Positions 47,551-60,400 of a stretch of 64,000 nucleotides of DNA are shown one piece after another. The notes under the pieces are model-generated. The model searched no databases. It was not told where the DNA came from and saw nothing but the letters and a program-made list of their open reading frames with translations. Source of the stretch: Amphiscolops sp. MND2022 (lineage: Eukaryota); assembly GCA_964187785.1 (NCBI GenBank), contig OZ076409.1:39124001-39188000 (forward strand), given 5' to 3'. Every line of letters starts with the position of its first letter. Position 1 is the stretch's first letter. The translations under genes were made by a program, and so were the position numbers.

Positions 47551-48315
47551 ATGACCCATCTACTGGAAATATACGAGCTAATAGACATCTCGTCAGATAG
47601 TGAAGACGAAACAGAGGCGTCGGAGAGATCATCAACTCCCCTTCCCAGTGGGTCACTACCCAATATTAGAGTCATCCTAAATGTTTCAAATTCATCCGCC
47701 AGAGCAGTAGCTGACGAAGAAGAGTATTTCGACGTCTCAGCGGACTCGTTAGAAGCGGACTGCACGAGGATGCGGCTGAGTTCGTCTTTCGAATCCCTAG
47801 AATCAGGAGAGCTGAACAACGCTTCGCCGAAGTCTGAATACAGCTCAATGAAGGAGAGTCCAGACAGTCCGGACGAACAGGAAGAGGACGACAATAAATC
47901 GAACCCTGAAGTGTTCGTGGTGGAGGGCCATCGTGCACCCAGCCCACAATCGATCACGAGCTGCATTATCAACGAATATTTGGAGGAAATCCACAGGGAA
48001 GAAGACAATATTTCTCTTTTCGAGACACCCCCAGGCCCACTGAAGAGAGTAATTCCACGTCCGATTAGCCCACTAAATGACTTGGAAAAGCAAGCACCAA
48101 TACGGTCAGCGACAACGAAACGTACTCCAGGAGACGACAAAGAAAACAATCAATATCAGCCGTTCCAGTTTTGCCAACCCGGGAGAGTTATACGACCCAT
48201 GACAGTGGCCCTGTCACAGTCCGCTCCCGGGCTGGATTGTGGATGTAGACGGATTGGGTTCGGACGAGGACACGGCTGTACAGCGAAATTTTCGAAAAGG
48301 TATTTTGGCTACTGA
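47551..48315 (+). CDS. Acidic, Ser-rich accessory ORF (254 aa) ending inside the 3' LTR
   Basis: First ATG at 47551 (MTHLLEIYELIDISSDSEDE). The frame crosses the LTR boundary at 48212 and ends DCGCRRIGFGRGHGC...GY. Confidence 0.65.
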   Translation: MTHLLEIYELIDISSDSEDETEASERSSTPLPSGSLPNIRVILNVSNSSARAVADEEEYFDVSADSLEADCTRMRLSSSFESLESGELNNASPKSEYSSMKESPDSPDEQEEDDNKSNPEVFVVEGHRAPSPQSITSCIINEYLEEIHREEDNISLFETPPGPLKRVIPRPISPLNDLEKQAPIRSATTKRTPGDDKENNQYQPFQFCQPGRVIRPMTVALSQSAPGLDCGCRRIGFGRGHGCTAKFSKRYFGY

Positions 48316-49811
48316 CTTGAACTTTCATACTAATGGGAATGCTATTAATGTACATTTTATGCTGTTTGAGGCAGACTGCAAATATGATTGTGTGTGACCT
48401 GACGTCAATCTGACGTATCTGAAAGGTTGTGGGCTATGAACCGGCAAAGATTATATTTTAATAATGAGGTCATATTTTTGTAATATTCATGTTTGTGTTT
48501 CTCCCCCAATATAACTGTGCTTGTTGTTGTTTTTATACATCTCATTGTGATCATTTTCATACCACTTTTGGCAACTGACTGTTTCACTTTTATTAGTTCG
48601 ATTCAACGACGTTAAGACGTCAAAGTTTAAACTCGAGTATGAATGGATTCAGTTATGAAATTCATACTCGTTAATACCTTTGATTTTAACACGTCATAGC
48701 TCCGTCCACCTTTTCAGCCAATTTTGTAGAAGCCAAGAGCTGTTGCCAAATCATTCTAGTTTTCTAATGTAAACGTTGGTGTTACGTTAATTTGGTTTAA
48801 TTACTATTTATCTGAAGTGGGAATTCAACTCAAAAATTGAAGCTAATTCCATAGCTTTGTCTTTACTTTTCCTAGCATCATTGGAAATTCCAAAGCTGAA
48901 AACATTAGTCATAGCATTTCCTTCAAGTAAAAATTCAAAATCAGGTATTAGTTGTTCACGTCAGCGTCATCTCCGCGTCATTTTCCTACGAACCAAAGCA
49001 GTAAAACAGGGAATCATTTCCGGTTTGACAGACTGAAGTAATATCTACTTCCTGCTTGGGAGGAAAGCAAAGGACGCCGAGCTGAAATGATATGATCGTG
49101 GTTGATGACTAATGCTAGATTGAAATTGTCGTGTCTCAAAAATTGACGAGTTATCGACGTAAAATTGGGAACAAAATGATTTTTTCATCGAAAATACAGG
49201 AAATGACTAATTGTTCGAGGAAAATTAGGATTTTAATCGTGATCAAATGATGCTAGGAGGGTATATATAGGATGATTTTCATTGACTCAGGGACTCAGTC
49301 TTTTGCAATTGTTTAATTCAGTTGAATTCTCAATTTCGCTAAACTCTTATCTCAGCTAACTTTGTTGAAAATTATCTTTGGAAAAATCAATTCTTCAAGA
49401 TAAAGCTTTTCTTCAAAATGTCTACAACTAGAAGCCAGAAAAGAAGGAATGAGCAACAAGGCGACAAGGACGTAAGTGAAGGTTTTATTTCACCGATAGT
49501 GGTAGAAAATCCGTGTTCTTCAAACCAGGACGTAGACGTGTCGGGTCCTTCCGGACCAAAATCTCCTCGAATTGAAAATAGTTTCTTGGAGAGTTTAAGG
49601 GCATCCTTGAAAGATGAGATAACATCAGAAATTAAGACTCTTCTTGCCGAATCCCAGAGAGAGATGTTGAAACTACTAAAACCTGAAACAAGGGGAAGCA
49701 TCAGGGAGAATACTGAGGAAGAAGTAGAAGAGGAGACTAGAAACTTTAATACCCCTACAAAGTCAGTGAGGATAAGTTCAACTCAAAACGACTCGATAGC
49801 ATGTCGTAACA
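48212..49811 (+). repeat. 3' LTR of element 3
   Basis: Direct repeat of 35027-36626. Confidence 0.97.
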
Positions 49812-50423
49812 CCCTTTTGTGTTATTTTCCGCCACCGTGAAACCTATTTCGAATTTCTTGGTACTGTACGAATTTTTCAAATGTTGACTGTTGAAAAAAA
49901 TTCGATTTCTTTATCGTTTCAGAGAAAAGCGGTTTTCAAAGTAACAGAGCGATCCTCCGGATATATGATGGCACTCTCCAAGTTCTGAGAGTTTCCTAAA
50001 ATCCACTCTGAACATACTTGCGTGGCTTTGCGCTTTTGTAGCTTACAAGCTTGAGACGTCACTAATGCAACTCAGCCCTCTACTACTTTGATTTTCGGGT
50101 GCTTTATCTCTCTCTGAAATCGTTTTTTTTCTTCCTTCCTCAATCTCAATTTCCGCAAACTTCCTCCTCCTCGGCTGAATAAAATTTTCATCATTTTGCT
50201 TCCAGGCAAACTGTAATAGCAGGATATACCTTTTGTAAGAAAACACAAAGTACTGAGACTTCAGACTGTGGCAGTACTCATGATTGAATAACAAGCTTTT
50301 CAAGTTCAAAACGTAAATCCAATTCATACATTCTAAAAGTCTTGAGAATTTCAAATACAATTACTGACAACGAGCTCAATTGATTTTCTTGTAAATGCAG
50401 ATTCAAGAAAACTTGGAGTTGGG

Positions 50424-53400
50424 TCAACCAAATCGGTATGCCAGGTTTGTACTGGTTTGGACCTGGAGCCCATGATTGGAAGAAACGCAGGAATGTCTGG
50501 GCGCGGTCGAAACACTTCTCTGGTATGTTGACCCAAATCCAACTGCACTGCTGGGTCGCTCGACCAAATGCAACGTTGGGGGATAGAATTGGCTAGTCGA
50601 CGGAAGGTCGTCCATTGGTTTTGACTCTTTACATGTAGGTGATTGTTCATCCCAAATATTGAATAAATCAGCCACTGAAACAAAAAAAAATTGACTGGGA
50701 GTTTACGCAATCAAGTATACGTCTAGAAAAGTAATACTCCATTAAACGAAAAAAGGTATGTTGCAGAAACTCGCTCCTTTGTTGAAGAAAATAGATTTAG
50801 AGTTGAAGAAGTCGCTTGCAAATACTTCCCAAAATAAATTTTCTGGGAAAATTTTTCTGAGAGAAGGAAGTCAATTTCCCCATTATCGCGGGGTGGACAC
50901 CGAATGAGCAGCTCTGATTTTCCAAGTCGGCGTCCTTTCGGATATTATCTCCCCATAGCAAGCTATGGTAACATATTTGCAGCCAAGTGGTCAAGCAATG
51001 GTCGGCATTACGCTGTGGTTTCTAGTGACTTGCTCAATGTTACAAAGTTCTGACTGCTCACCGTTGCTCTTTTTGTTTTTGCTTTTCTCTGCCCATTGCG
51101 TTATTTTTTCTCAGTGACCACTCCTCTTAGCTAGGGATGAAGGAGTTGCTCAATGCCAAACAATGGTGAGTTGAGAGAGATTCGAACCTGATACCGCCCC
51201 AGTACAGGCCGAATGCTCTAACAACTACACCATGCTACACCATGGGGTAAATATTTGAAAATGTTGATTGGGGGAAATATTTGGATTATGTTGAAATCAC
51301 ACGTTCTGAAATTTTGCTGTTTGTTTCAGATACAAGTTTCCCGTTTAAACTAAACCTCGAACTTTTGAGGACAGAACAAATTTGTAATGTTTCTTACCAA
51401 CATGGTAAACAAGATGAGGATTAGAGCACTCGAGGAGTAAGTTTATGAGCAACCTGCCATCACATTTTAAATAGTTGCTCGCAAATGACGTAACTTTGCG
51501 TTTGCTAACATTGACCGCTGGAGGGCCATCGTCACAAGAAGTGCTAGTTGCTCTGACTGTTTCCACAATACACTTGATAAAACCCACATTGCGTGAACAA
51601 CATGTGATTCGAACTATCCAAACCCAAAATTGGCAGAAGTTGAGAATCGGCAGAAGTATCAGCCAAATCCACACAAGAAGGAATAACTTCTGGTAAATAT
51701 CGACGACATTCAGTTGGCAGGGAATTTGGTATGTGATTACTTCACCTGTAAAAGTAATGCAGTCTAGTTTCGTGTTGCCACAGTTAAATTCTCATCAAGG
51801 TCAAATCCTAGAAATTGTTTGGAAAATTTGCATCCTAAAATGAGTTGTCAAGATTTTATGATTTTGAAAAACGTTTCTAAGTTTCTCTAGTTGTTCTGCA
51901 GTTCTACAGTTCCGTTTTCTAAATCAGTGCCCTTTTCACTATTAGTGAATTTTCAGCAAGCTATTGTAGAATATTTACAGTTAAGTTGTCAAGATACAGT
52001 CTTTCTCAACGTCAGCATCAGCATGGGCGATGTGAGCGAGATTCGAACCTGGTACAACACAAATGTTCTACCCAAAACAGCATGATCCCCCTACAATTAC
52101 ACTATAATCACCATGGGCTATCGCGATAGCGAGCAATAAAATTCTCATGTAGTATTTCTCTTTCATGAATCTGAATTTGACAGCAATGCATAAACGTAGA
52201 CTTTTGTAGATTTTAATCTACAATTGTTCTTGACTTTACTTGCGGACGGAACGTTAACAGTTCTACCACCAATTCAATACAATGCAGCAAATGCCAGGCA
52301 TTTCCAGAACAGCAAACTAACGTCACTTTTAGCATGTCGTTCGAACTAATGGTGAATACGACAATTGAGAGGGTGTGTAAAAACCAACTGAAAGAGTCAG
52401 TTACAAAGTGACGAATTGAAATTTCCTCATAGATATCGAAGTTGCAGTGTAATCTCACAATTGCTTTACATGCAAGCTTACATGCAAGTATGGGCCACTT
52501 TTTGTGGCAAAATAGCTCGTAAGTTTGAATGCTGAATGCTTACTTGTTGGCGAAAAGAAGTGTAAGCTCCCCTTTTAACGTTTTCAATTTTAGCGTTTTT
52601 TGACGGTTGTTTTGTGACAAGATTTAGCCCCTGCTGATGCCGTGATTTTTTCGACGAGATATATCCTACCAGGTTTTCTAAGTTGCTCTTACTTTTACCA
52701 CAATGGGGACACTCAGATTCCGTTTTGTGATTGTGTTATTTCGCGTACAATTTTAGGTTTTGCGGTTTTTGCGACAAAAAAACCTAAAATTGCCGTTTTG
52801 TGATCGTGTTATTTCGCGTACAATTTTAGGTTTTGCGGTTTTTGCGACAAAAAACTTTTTTGTCGCAAAAACCGCAAAACCTAAAATTGTACGCGAAATA
52901 ACACGATCACAAAACAGAATCTCTGCCATAAAACCACAAATTAAAGCATTTTTTCCAATCTTGCTTTATTTTTCGACTTTCATTTTACCGAGAAATTCAT
53001 TTTACCAGTCTTTTTGCAAATCAGAATATTTTGAGTTCAGCTGGGGCCCGCTCTGAAGTTTCAAGTGTTTGGTTGATTTTCTGCACGTTTCTCAATTTAA
53101 AAGTTTAATTTTCTTGCAGTTCATTTGTTTTCCTGACGTTGTATCTCAAGTACAATACGTCTTGCCAGAAAAAACCTAAAGAGGAAAAGCTTTCAGTGGA
53201 TTGAAATCGTCTGACAAAAGTTTTCGAGTAAACCCCAACTCAGGTGTTTGTTTCACTCTAATTCAGATCTCTGGAATTTAATGTAGAAAAAGTAAGGTTA
53301 CTAACTCCATCTGCGAACTAGCACAGAGCAATAGACGTTTTTCGGCATAGATTGTGGTTCAAGTTTCCAATTGAGGAGATTTTGAATTGTTTCTTCATGC

Positions 53401-55871
53401 GCCAGGGTGACGTCAGGGCCGTAAGTTATGAAATTCAGATTGAGAAACCAGCCCCAGAAGAAGAACACAGCTCCTGATAAGGCAATGTAAACCACCTTCA
53501 TTGCCACATATGTGAGCAGAAGAATGATTCGGCAGGTAAGAGCACATAGGAAGGGTTTCTGGAAGCAAAAAAAGTAGTAGCAATACTTCAGAAACTAATT
53601 AAACCATGATAGCCAATCAATTTCACCAGACCAACTATTTTAACGATTATGATTTTTTCTTGATGGTCAAATTTTTAGGAAATAGACATGATGCTGGTCG
53701 GGTCAGGCAAAGGTTCCCGGGTTTCCCGGAGCTCCCATAAAAAAACAGGTCAATCATACTCTGTCATCATACTCACAGTATGATTCCCGTCTAATCATAC
53801 TCTGGACCATGAAGGTTTATGGTTCCAGCCTGACCATATTCTGGGCCATATATGGTTCATTCTATGATCAGCCTGCAACAATAAACCTTTATGGCCCAGA
53901 GTATGGTCAACCTGGAGCCATAAAAAGAAAATTAGGATAATGTAGTCAATTAACGCATACACTGATGAAATTACAAGATATTCCTCAATCAAAGGTCCAA
54001 TACAATCACCAAATTGAAAACAAGGTAGCAATCATCAATTTTTGGCAGCTTTTGCTGAATTATTGGTAATTTTTCTCGAAATAATCGAAAATTACACTGC
54101 AAAGTGAGTACTGCTATAACAAAAGAGTTAGTTATTAACTAAGGAGTGGCTGAGAACAAATTGAGTGACTATAGTTTGTTTTTAACTCCACTAAGAGTTT
54201 AAAAGAGTTCTGACCTGCAATGTATCGTTCGCACATACAAAAGGTCGAATGTGGCTCTATTGCCCTCAGCCTATAAAGCTGGCTGTTCTCAATATTTGAA
54301 AATTTTTGTTTGGGTTGCATGTCACGTCAACCCGCGTTTGGAACAAAAATTTATGATTCCAGGCTGATCATACTCTGGACCATATATGATTTCAGGCCGA
54401 TCATAGTAAGGAAATCTGTATGATTTGTATGGTGCCATAATATGATCAGATTATGATCGGCCTTGTCGGGAAACCCGGGTTATAGTAATTTTCAAAAACT
54501 TAAAACGAGGCACGCAATTCTTTAAGAGAATTTTAAACCAATCTTTCCATTCAATAATTGTTATTTCAAAAAATTTCAAGTTAACGTTGATTAGATCAAC
54601 TCACTGATTCTTTTTTCATGTTGAGGTACTGATCAATCTGCCGCGCAGCAGTTGAGGCTGATATATTCGCATTGGCTTCGCTCAAGCCAGCTAGAGGATC
54701 ATCAAGGGTTCTCTTGATAAGGAAAATATCCAGGCACCAAAATTTGGTCACCAACTTCATTCCTCGCATCGGCAGTAGAAACAGGATGCCTTGAAACAAA
54801 AAATGAATAAAGAGAATTTTCGATTTTGAAAACCATTACGACTAATAATATTCAGGCTTAGCTTTAGAGAATTTATTGAGATCAGATCGCCATGTTGGTT
54901 GAGAAAAGGATTTAGTTGGAAAGATTTTTCACGTTCATTCAAGGAATGGATCAAACGAAAGGATAATGCAGCATTCTTTCATGTTCATCGGTACTTTTGA
55001 ATGGAATAACTGAGAACCTACTTACAACTCTTGAAAAACAATTGAGTTGGGCGGTAAAAGCTTGCTTCAACAGAAACAAATTCGATCACTCCTCAGACCT
55101 GAAGATCTACCATAAAATCTTACCAATACGATATTTCCTTCAGTACAAATCGGTTTTATACTTTTGAAATTCAGGCATGGAATCTTACCCGCTTTTGCAA
55201 AAGTAAAACCAACTACAGCTGTTATCGATGAAATCGACACACCGAGTAACAGCAAAAAGTGTTGGAATGATTTCCGTTTTACTTAATTGTTTTGAATACC
55301 CAATGTGCATGATTTTAATTACATTACCCTTTTTAAATATTACACTGCTTTGTTTTCTTAAAACAGTTTCATGTTTTATCAACAAAGGTTAATTCAGTGT
55401 TTTTTTTATGTTTTTTCAATGACTGCATCGAAAACAATGAGTTAGCAAGATCCTAGCTGCGATTGCGTTTTTTCTCATTGAAACTAAAATAACCATAGAT
55501 AGCAGCATGAAAAAAGCTTCTAGTTAGCTTTGGCATTTTTGGTGATTCAGCATGAAATAAATTTGACTGATTGGGACTTTAACAACCGATGAACATGTTG
55601 TTACACAATTCAACAAATGTGTTCTGAAATGATTTTTTTCTAATCAAAAAGAACCCATTGAGTTTTTGAAATATTAAACTTTTTGAGTTTACATTACCTG
55701 TGAGTAAAAGTGTCATTGGTATCCATTTGTACACATTGGTAAGGTTGGTTTTTTCATTGGAAGCGCTGTCACGTGACACCTCAAATGAGTCAGATGTAAA
55801 GCAGTAATTCTGGGAGAAGTCAATCCAGTTGTCAGTGAAAGTCTCATGAGTCCAGCAACTCATTGGCTCTC
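50424..55871 (-). CDS. Innexin paralog 2, exons 2-6 (exon 1 not in window)
   Basis: Exons 55871-55698, 54789-54605, 53558-53306, 51745-51398, 50674-50424, with the same intron positions and phases as paralog 1. Motifs GEPMSCWTHETFTDNWIDFSQNYC, VYKWIP, FFFWGWFLNLNF, YLKCDGRLL. Confidence 0.88.
50859..51241 (-). mobile_element. tRNA-derived SINE-like element, copy 2 (innexin-2 intron 5)
   Basis: Aligns along its length with 9108-9494; A box TGGTGTAGTTG and B box GGTTCGAATC. Confidence 0.75.
52715..52922. repeat. Fold-back repeat with a tandemly duplicated arm
   Basis: A ~60-bp unit gttttgtgat(t/c)gtgttatttcgcgtacaattttaggttttgcggtttttgcgacaaaaaa occurs twice directly (52722, 52795) and once inverted (52856-52915). 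Confidence 0.9.
53716..54479. mobile_element. Non-autonomous DNA transposon, 13-bp TIR
   Basis: cccgggtttcccg (53716-53728) / cgggaaacccggg (54467-54479); repeated atcatactc(tggaccat) subterminal motifs; lies in innexin-2 intron 3. Confidence 0.7.
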
Positions 55872-57445
55872 CTGGAACGCGGGAATTTTTCAACTGAGAT
55901 CCTATTACATCTGGCAAAATCAAAGCTAACTATTGAAACTTTTCCGTGTTCGAGCGAACGGATTTTTATTTTACAGCTGTGTGATGAAAATATTTGATTA
56001 GGCTTTTGAGCAATTAACTATTCGAGTTTTAAAATGGAGTTACACTCCTTTTGCTTCGATTAAATTTAACCAGTTGTTCTCAAAAACTAACTTATCAATT
56101 TTGACGTTTTTTTGCTGAGTAAAATTTGACAAAAATTTTAGGCTGAGAAAATTATACGAACTTTTTTTGCAACTTGTGTAACGACCGGCTAGCGACGTAC
56201 ATCTAGGAAGAGGGACAATGCCTAGGATGCTTAAACAGGAGACCGTTGTCTTACTACATACCTAGACACTAGTTTTTGATCCCAATATGGTCTCCTAGGG
56301 GGACTTTTCTATCGTCTAAGGAGGCTTCTCTAGTTAGAGCTCCGAAGCGACGCGCCGGCACTCTCAAAGTCCGGACACGCCCCACAAGCCTGTAAAAACG
56401 TATCCTAGATTCCTAATACGTTCCTGCTATCTCCTACATGCTTCCGAGGTCAAAAACGGTGATCAGCTGGAAAACATAGTATTTGGCAAATGGGACATAA
56501 AAAGACCTAGAAGGTTAAACATCTTTCAAATATTAAAGGAAAAGTATGAAAATAATAAGGGAAAACGGGGATAGGCCCCAGTTACTTTACAGTTTTCAGT
56601 CCATCATCCATATTTCGCTCCTGGCAGGATTCCGCAGATGTTGTTGGTTTCCCAAGGAGATGACACAACATTCCGATAATCCTTCTGCTGATCTTTCTTC
56701 ATCTTCTGGCAATTCTTCAACTTTTTCTGCTACTTTTCCACATGTGCTCTGTTTCTTGCTCGCTCTCCGCGTGTGTTCTTTTTTCTTTCATGCTTTTTGT
56801 ACCTGCTAGGTCGGCCATCTTTTTTCTTCTGTTTTGACATCGCACATTTCGAATTTTTCATCGAAATTTTGGTCATGTCGGTGGCAGACGTTACATCCTC
56901 CCCGGGCCGTAGTTTGTCGTCCTCGGCAAACGAGAGGATGGTAATACCCAGAGGGGGATAGCAATGTTGGGAGTTTTCTGAACGCCTTAGGAGGGTTTCA
57001 TTTTTTCTTATTCGTTTTCTTTGAACCTCCAAACTTCCTTGTTATCTCCTCGTACTAGTATCAGTCAGTCTTACGACAATTTAAAAATTTATTTGACAAA
57101 ATTAAAACTATGGTAGACGGTTTCAAAAATTACATGCAATTCCACGAACTTAGGTTAAAATTTTTTTTCTAGAAGGTGCTCTGGTATTTCTCGGGGTAAT
57201 AAAATTCGGGTCTCGGTAACAATGGTTAATTACCGAATTGGAGAGGGTGGGAATTGGCTCAGGGGCCACCCACATAGTATGGTTTAACTAAAATTTTAAG
57301 CACATAATGAGTATTGCTCAGGAATTCAGTGTCTTAGCACCAACAAAAATGAAATGGTCTAGGACCATTAGGATGAGGTTGTGTCCATTTGAGGGTAAGC
57401 TCTGGTTTTCATTTGGTAGACGGGTCAGCGTCGGTTGTTGTTCCT

Positions 57446-60400
57446 TTACTCATCATTTTGGCTCTGTTGTGAGTCCGAAACGGATGATGTTACTGTTGAC
57501 TGCTGATTTGTTGACGATTCCGCCACCAAGGGAGGATATTGCATTGAGTCGTCGATGGTGAGTAAGTTATTCAACTCTGACTCAATATCAGCAGCGTCCA
57601 TTTGCGATATTCCCGTCTCTGGTTCTTCTTGGGTGGGAGTTGTGCCATCGGATAGAGTGAAATTATCGTCTGTCATGGGTTCATCATGGGTTTCTGTGAC
57701 AATGGATAGATTCTCCTGATCTTCCTCCATTCGAGTCTCAGTTCCTTCCGAGGGTAACCCACTGGGTATTGTTTGCTGTGAACTGCCAGGGGCAGCCGTA
57801 TTTGTTACACTATTTTGTTCGGTGGTATTTCCTTGTGGGAAGTCGGGCAGCTTGTCGGCCAATTCTGGGTGGCCATACTGTACGAACAAATTTTTGAAAG
57901 TCTGAATTCCGCGTGAATAGTCTTCGCCAACAGAATCTCCTCGTTCCCTTTGTTTGTTGTGTAGGTTCAAGAATATTTCCAGCGCGGCGCGCGGATTGTT
58001 TGGGACATGTGTACTGATTGGTAAGGCTTTTCTATTTGGTTCTTTTGCCATTGAGGGCGTCTTCGTCTTCATGCGCAAAGACGTCTGATGAACTGCAAAA
58101 TCTACCAAGTCTGGTTTTGACCAGCATGTCGTTGCTTCTAGTATATGGGATGGGTGTGCGCGAGGATTGGTTCGATCACAGTACCTCCTTGAAATGTCAC
58201 ACACATAAGGATATTGTAACCCACTTGGTTCTTCGCCTCGCTTTCTGCCGCCCAATCTCTGAATTACAGTGGATAAGATTCTCAAGATCACTTCTGTGTT
58301 CCAGTCTGCAAGGGAATGCGCTGCTCCTGTTGCCGGGTTCAGAGGGATATGTAGCCATGTGATTGGATGGAATTTCATTGGCATCGAGAGGGCACATCGC
58401 GCACGTGCTCTTATGACAGATGTGAAATTGTGTTCTACTTGCTTTTTGTCTTTGATGATTGTATAGGCCATGGGCGGTCGTAGAGAATTGAAGTTGGCTA
58501 CTACTCCGCGGTAGGTGGGCTCCGATTGGGTTCCATCTGTCGTTACAAAGTGTAGAATGGAAAAGGTGGGAGTATTCGCTGCCATACGTAAGACTTGGGT
58601 CGGGTATCTTAGTGCCATGATCGCGCCAAAGATTGGCCAGACGATGGGATCGATTAGAGGTATTAAATCCTCTGTTTCCGCCAACATGAGAGTGGCCATT
58701 TGTGAGGGAAACAAGAAGCCAGGGAGTTGGTTAGGTTCTCTATTGATGGCTGGGTTTTCATCCAGAGGATGCATAATACCCGCGACATTTACCCAAGTTG
58801 AGTAAATCCACGTGAGAATGGCTTCAATATTTAGTTCTAGTTGTTTCTTCAACCGTAGGGGACCAGCTGGGTCCAAGGCACCTAAGATTGCTTGCAGCCA
58901 ATTCTTCTTATTTTGAGCATACACCAGGTAGCTGAAGAGCTGTAAGTGTCCTTTTTCGAATATCAGCTTCTGCAGAATGCCTGAGGGTCCTTTGTAGACT
59001 GCTTGCACGCCGACCGCCATTAAATAAGCCAAAATTTCGCTTATGGTGGCTTTTTTCATTGCCTCCACGTATAGGCGTATTTGTTGGTCATCGAGGTTGA
59101 ATTCAGTTTGGACGAAACTTTGAAGCCAAAAGGGGGAGATATTGTAGAGAAATACAGGGAATGGGATTTCTAGTCGCAGGGCGACCTGATTTAGAGTTTC
59201 ACATATAGCTTTGTGCCAAGTTTGGTAAGTGTGGTTTGGTTCTGTTTCATTCTGTCTTGCTAAGCCTCGTGTCATTACCATTAAGAGTGTCAAGGTAAGG
59301 GACGCCATGTCGAGTTTGGCATCTATTGCTATGGCTGCAATGGGGAACACAGTAGTGTTGGTCCGTTCAGATTTGATCATCTCTGTTTCCTTGAAAAGAG
59401 CTAGGAGCTCTTTATGGAATTTCGGATCGTGAGTCTTTTCATCTAGGGTGGATTCGTCCCTCTTTTCAAACTAGAGGTTATCTATCAGGTGTTTTCTCTC
59501 CCTTTCGTTTGGGTCAAGTACTTTGCGCACACCCTTTTCATCTAGGGATCTGATGGACATTTGCATTCCGTAGTCATATGCGGTGGCTTCGTCAACAATA
59601 AGCTGTGAGTTGCCTCTATATCCCGTATATCCTTGGATAGCCTTGGATATATCAGCCAAGAATGCGGGGTATGATGCTTCACAGGGGCGCCACGTGGTTA
59701 CATTGATCCTTAAGTTCGGACCCTTAAGTCTCTTGCATAGGATGCTTCCAGCACCAAGTACAGGAATTGTTGCAACGCTCTCGGGAGATAGATGTACCCA
59801 GGGGGTGACACGAAGACCGTTCCTGTGTTTGGTTTCTTATTTTTCATCATTGTGGCAATATGAGACATTGTTTCTACGTACGCGGTGACTTCGTCGGTGA
59901 CAAATCCTTCAGTGAATCGAGTGCTCTGCGTATCGAAGTGTCGCAATGATCCCCGCAGGGCGAGGTGATCGATTACGTTCGAGTATACCAGGATTGGTGG
60001 AAGAGGTATTGTTTCTGCCGCCGCTGGTGTGAACATTTTATCGGTTACCTCTGCCATTTCATTGAGTGTGGTGCAGGGCATGTTCATTAGTCTAACATCC
60101 ATCAAAGTATTGTTAGAATTGTACGATGATTTGATAGTCGAGTCTACGAAGAGAGCTATTCTGATCTTTTGCAGTAGGTCTTTTCCCATTGGCAGCAGGG
60201 TGATGGGGTTCCTAGCATAGTTTTTTGATTGTAGATGACTTTCTCCGAACCTGCCGGGTCTCTGGCGAGCTAGTCGTTCGTTGGTTGCTTGGAGCGGTTG
60301 TAGGTACGTTGAGTTGCTGTTCTGCAAGTCTCTCCTGAGACGGTTGAACCATGGTGGGACTCCTCCATCATTGGTGAATATCGGTGGTTTATCTGGTCTG

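Larger units (their letters stand above)
35027..49811 (+). mobile_element. 14.8-kb Ty3/Gypsy LTR retrotransposon with accessory genes (element 3)
   Basis: 1600-bp TG...CA LTRs at 35027-36626 and 48212-49811, with about 7 differences seen by eye. TSD CCCTT at 35022-35026 and 49812-49816. PBS TGGTGACAGGAGT at 36627 (possibly tRNA-Leu). Contains gag, pol and a 5.6-kb extra region. Confidence 0.97.

Noticed and set aside
42600..48211. env gene in the extra region of element 3
   Set aside because: No long sense ORF with signal peptide, furin site or TM anchor; the main coding frame is antisense and spliced.
56730..57032. Basic ORF inside the putative LTR of element 4
   Set aside because: Non-ATG start, interrupted by a stop and low complexity; cannot be supported without other copies.
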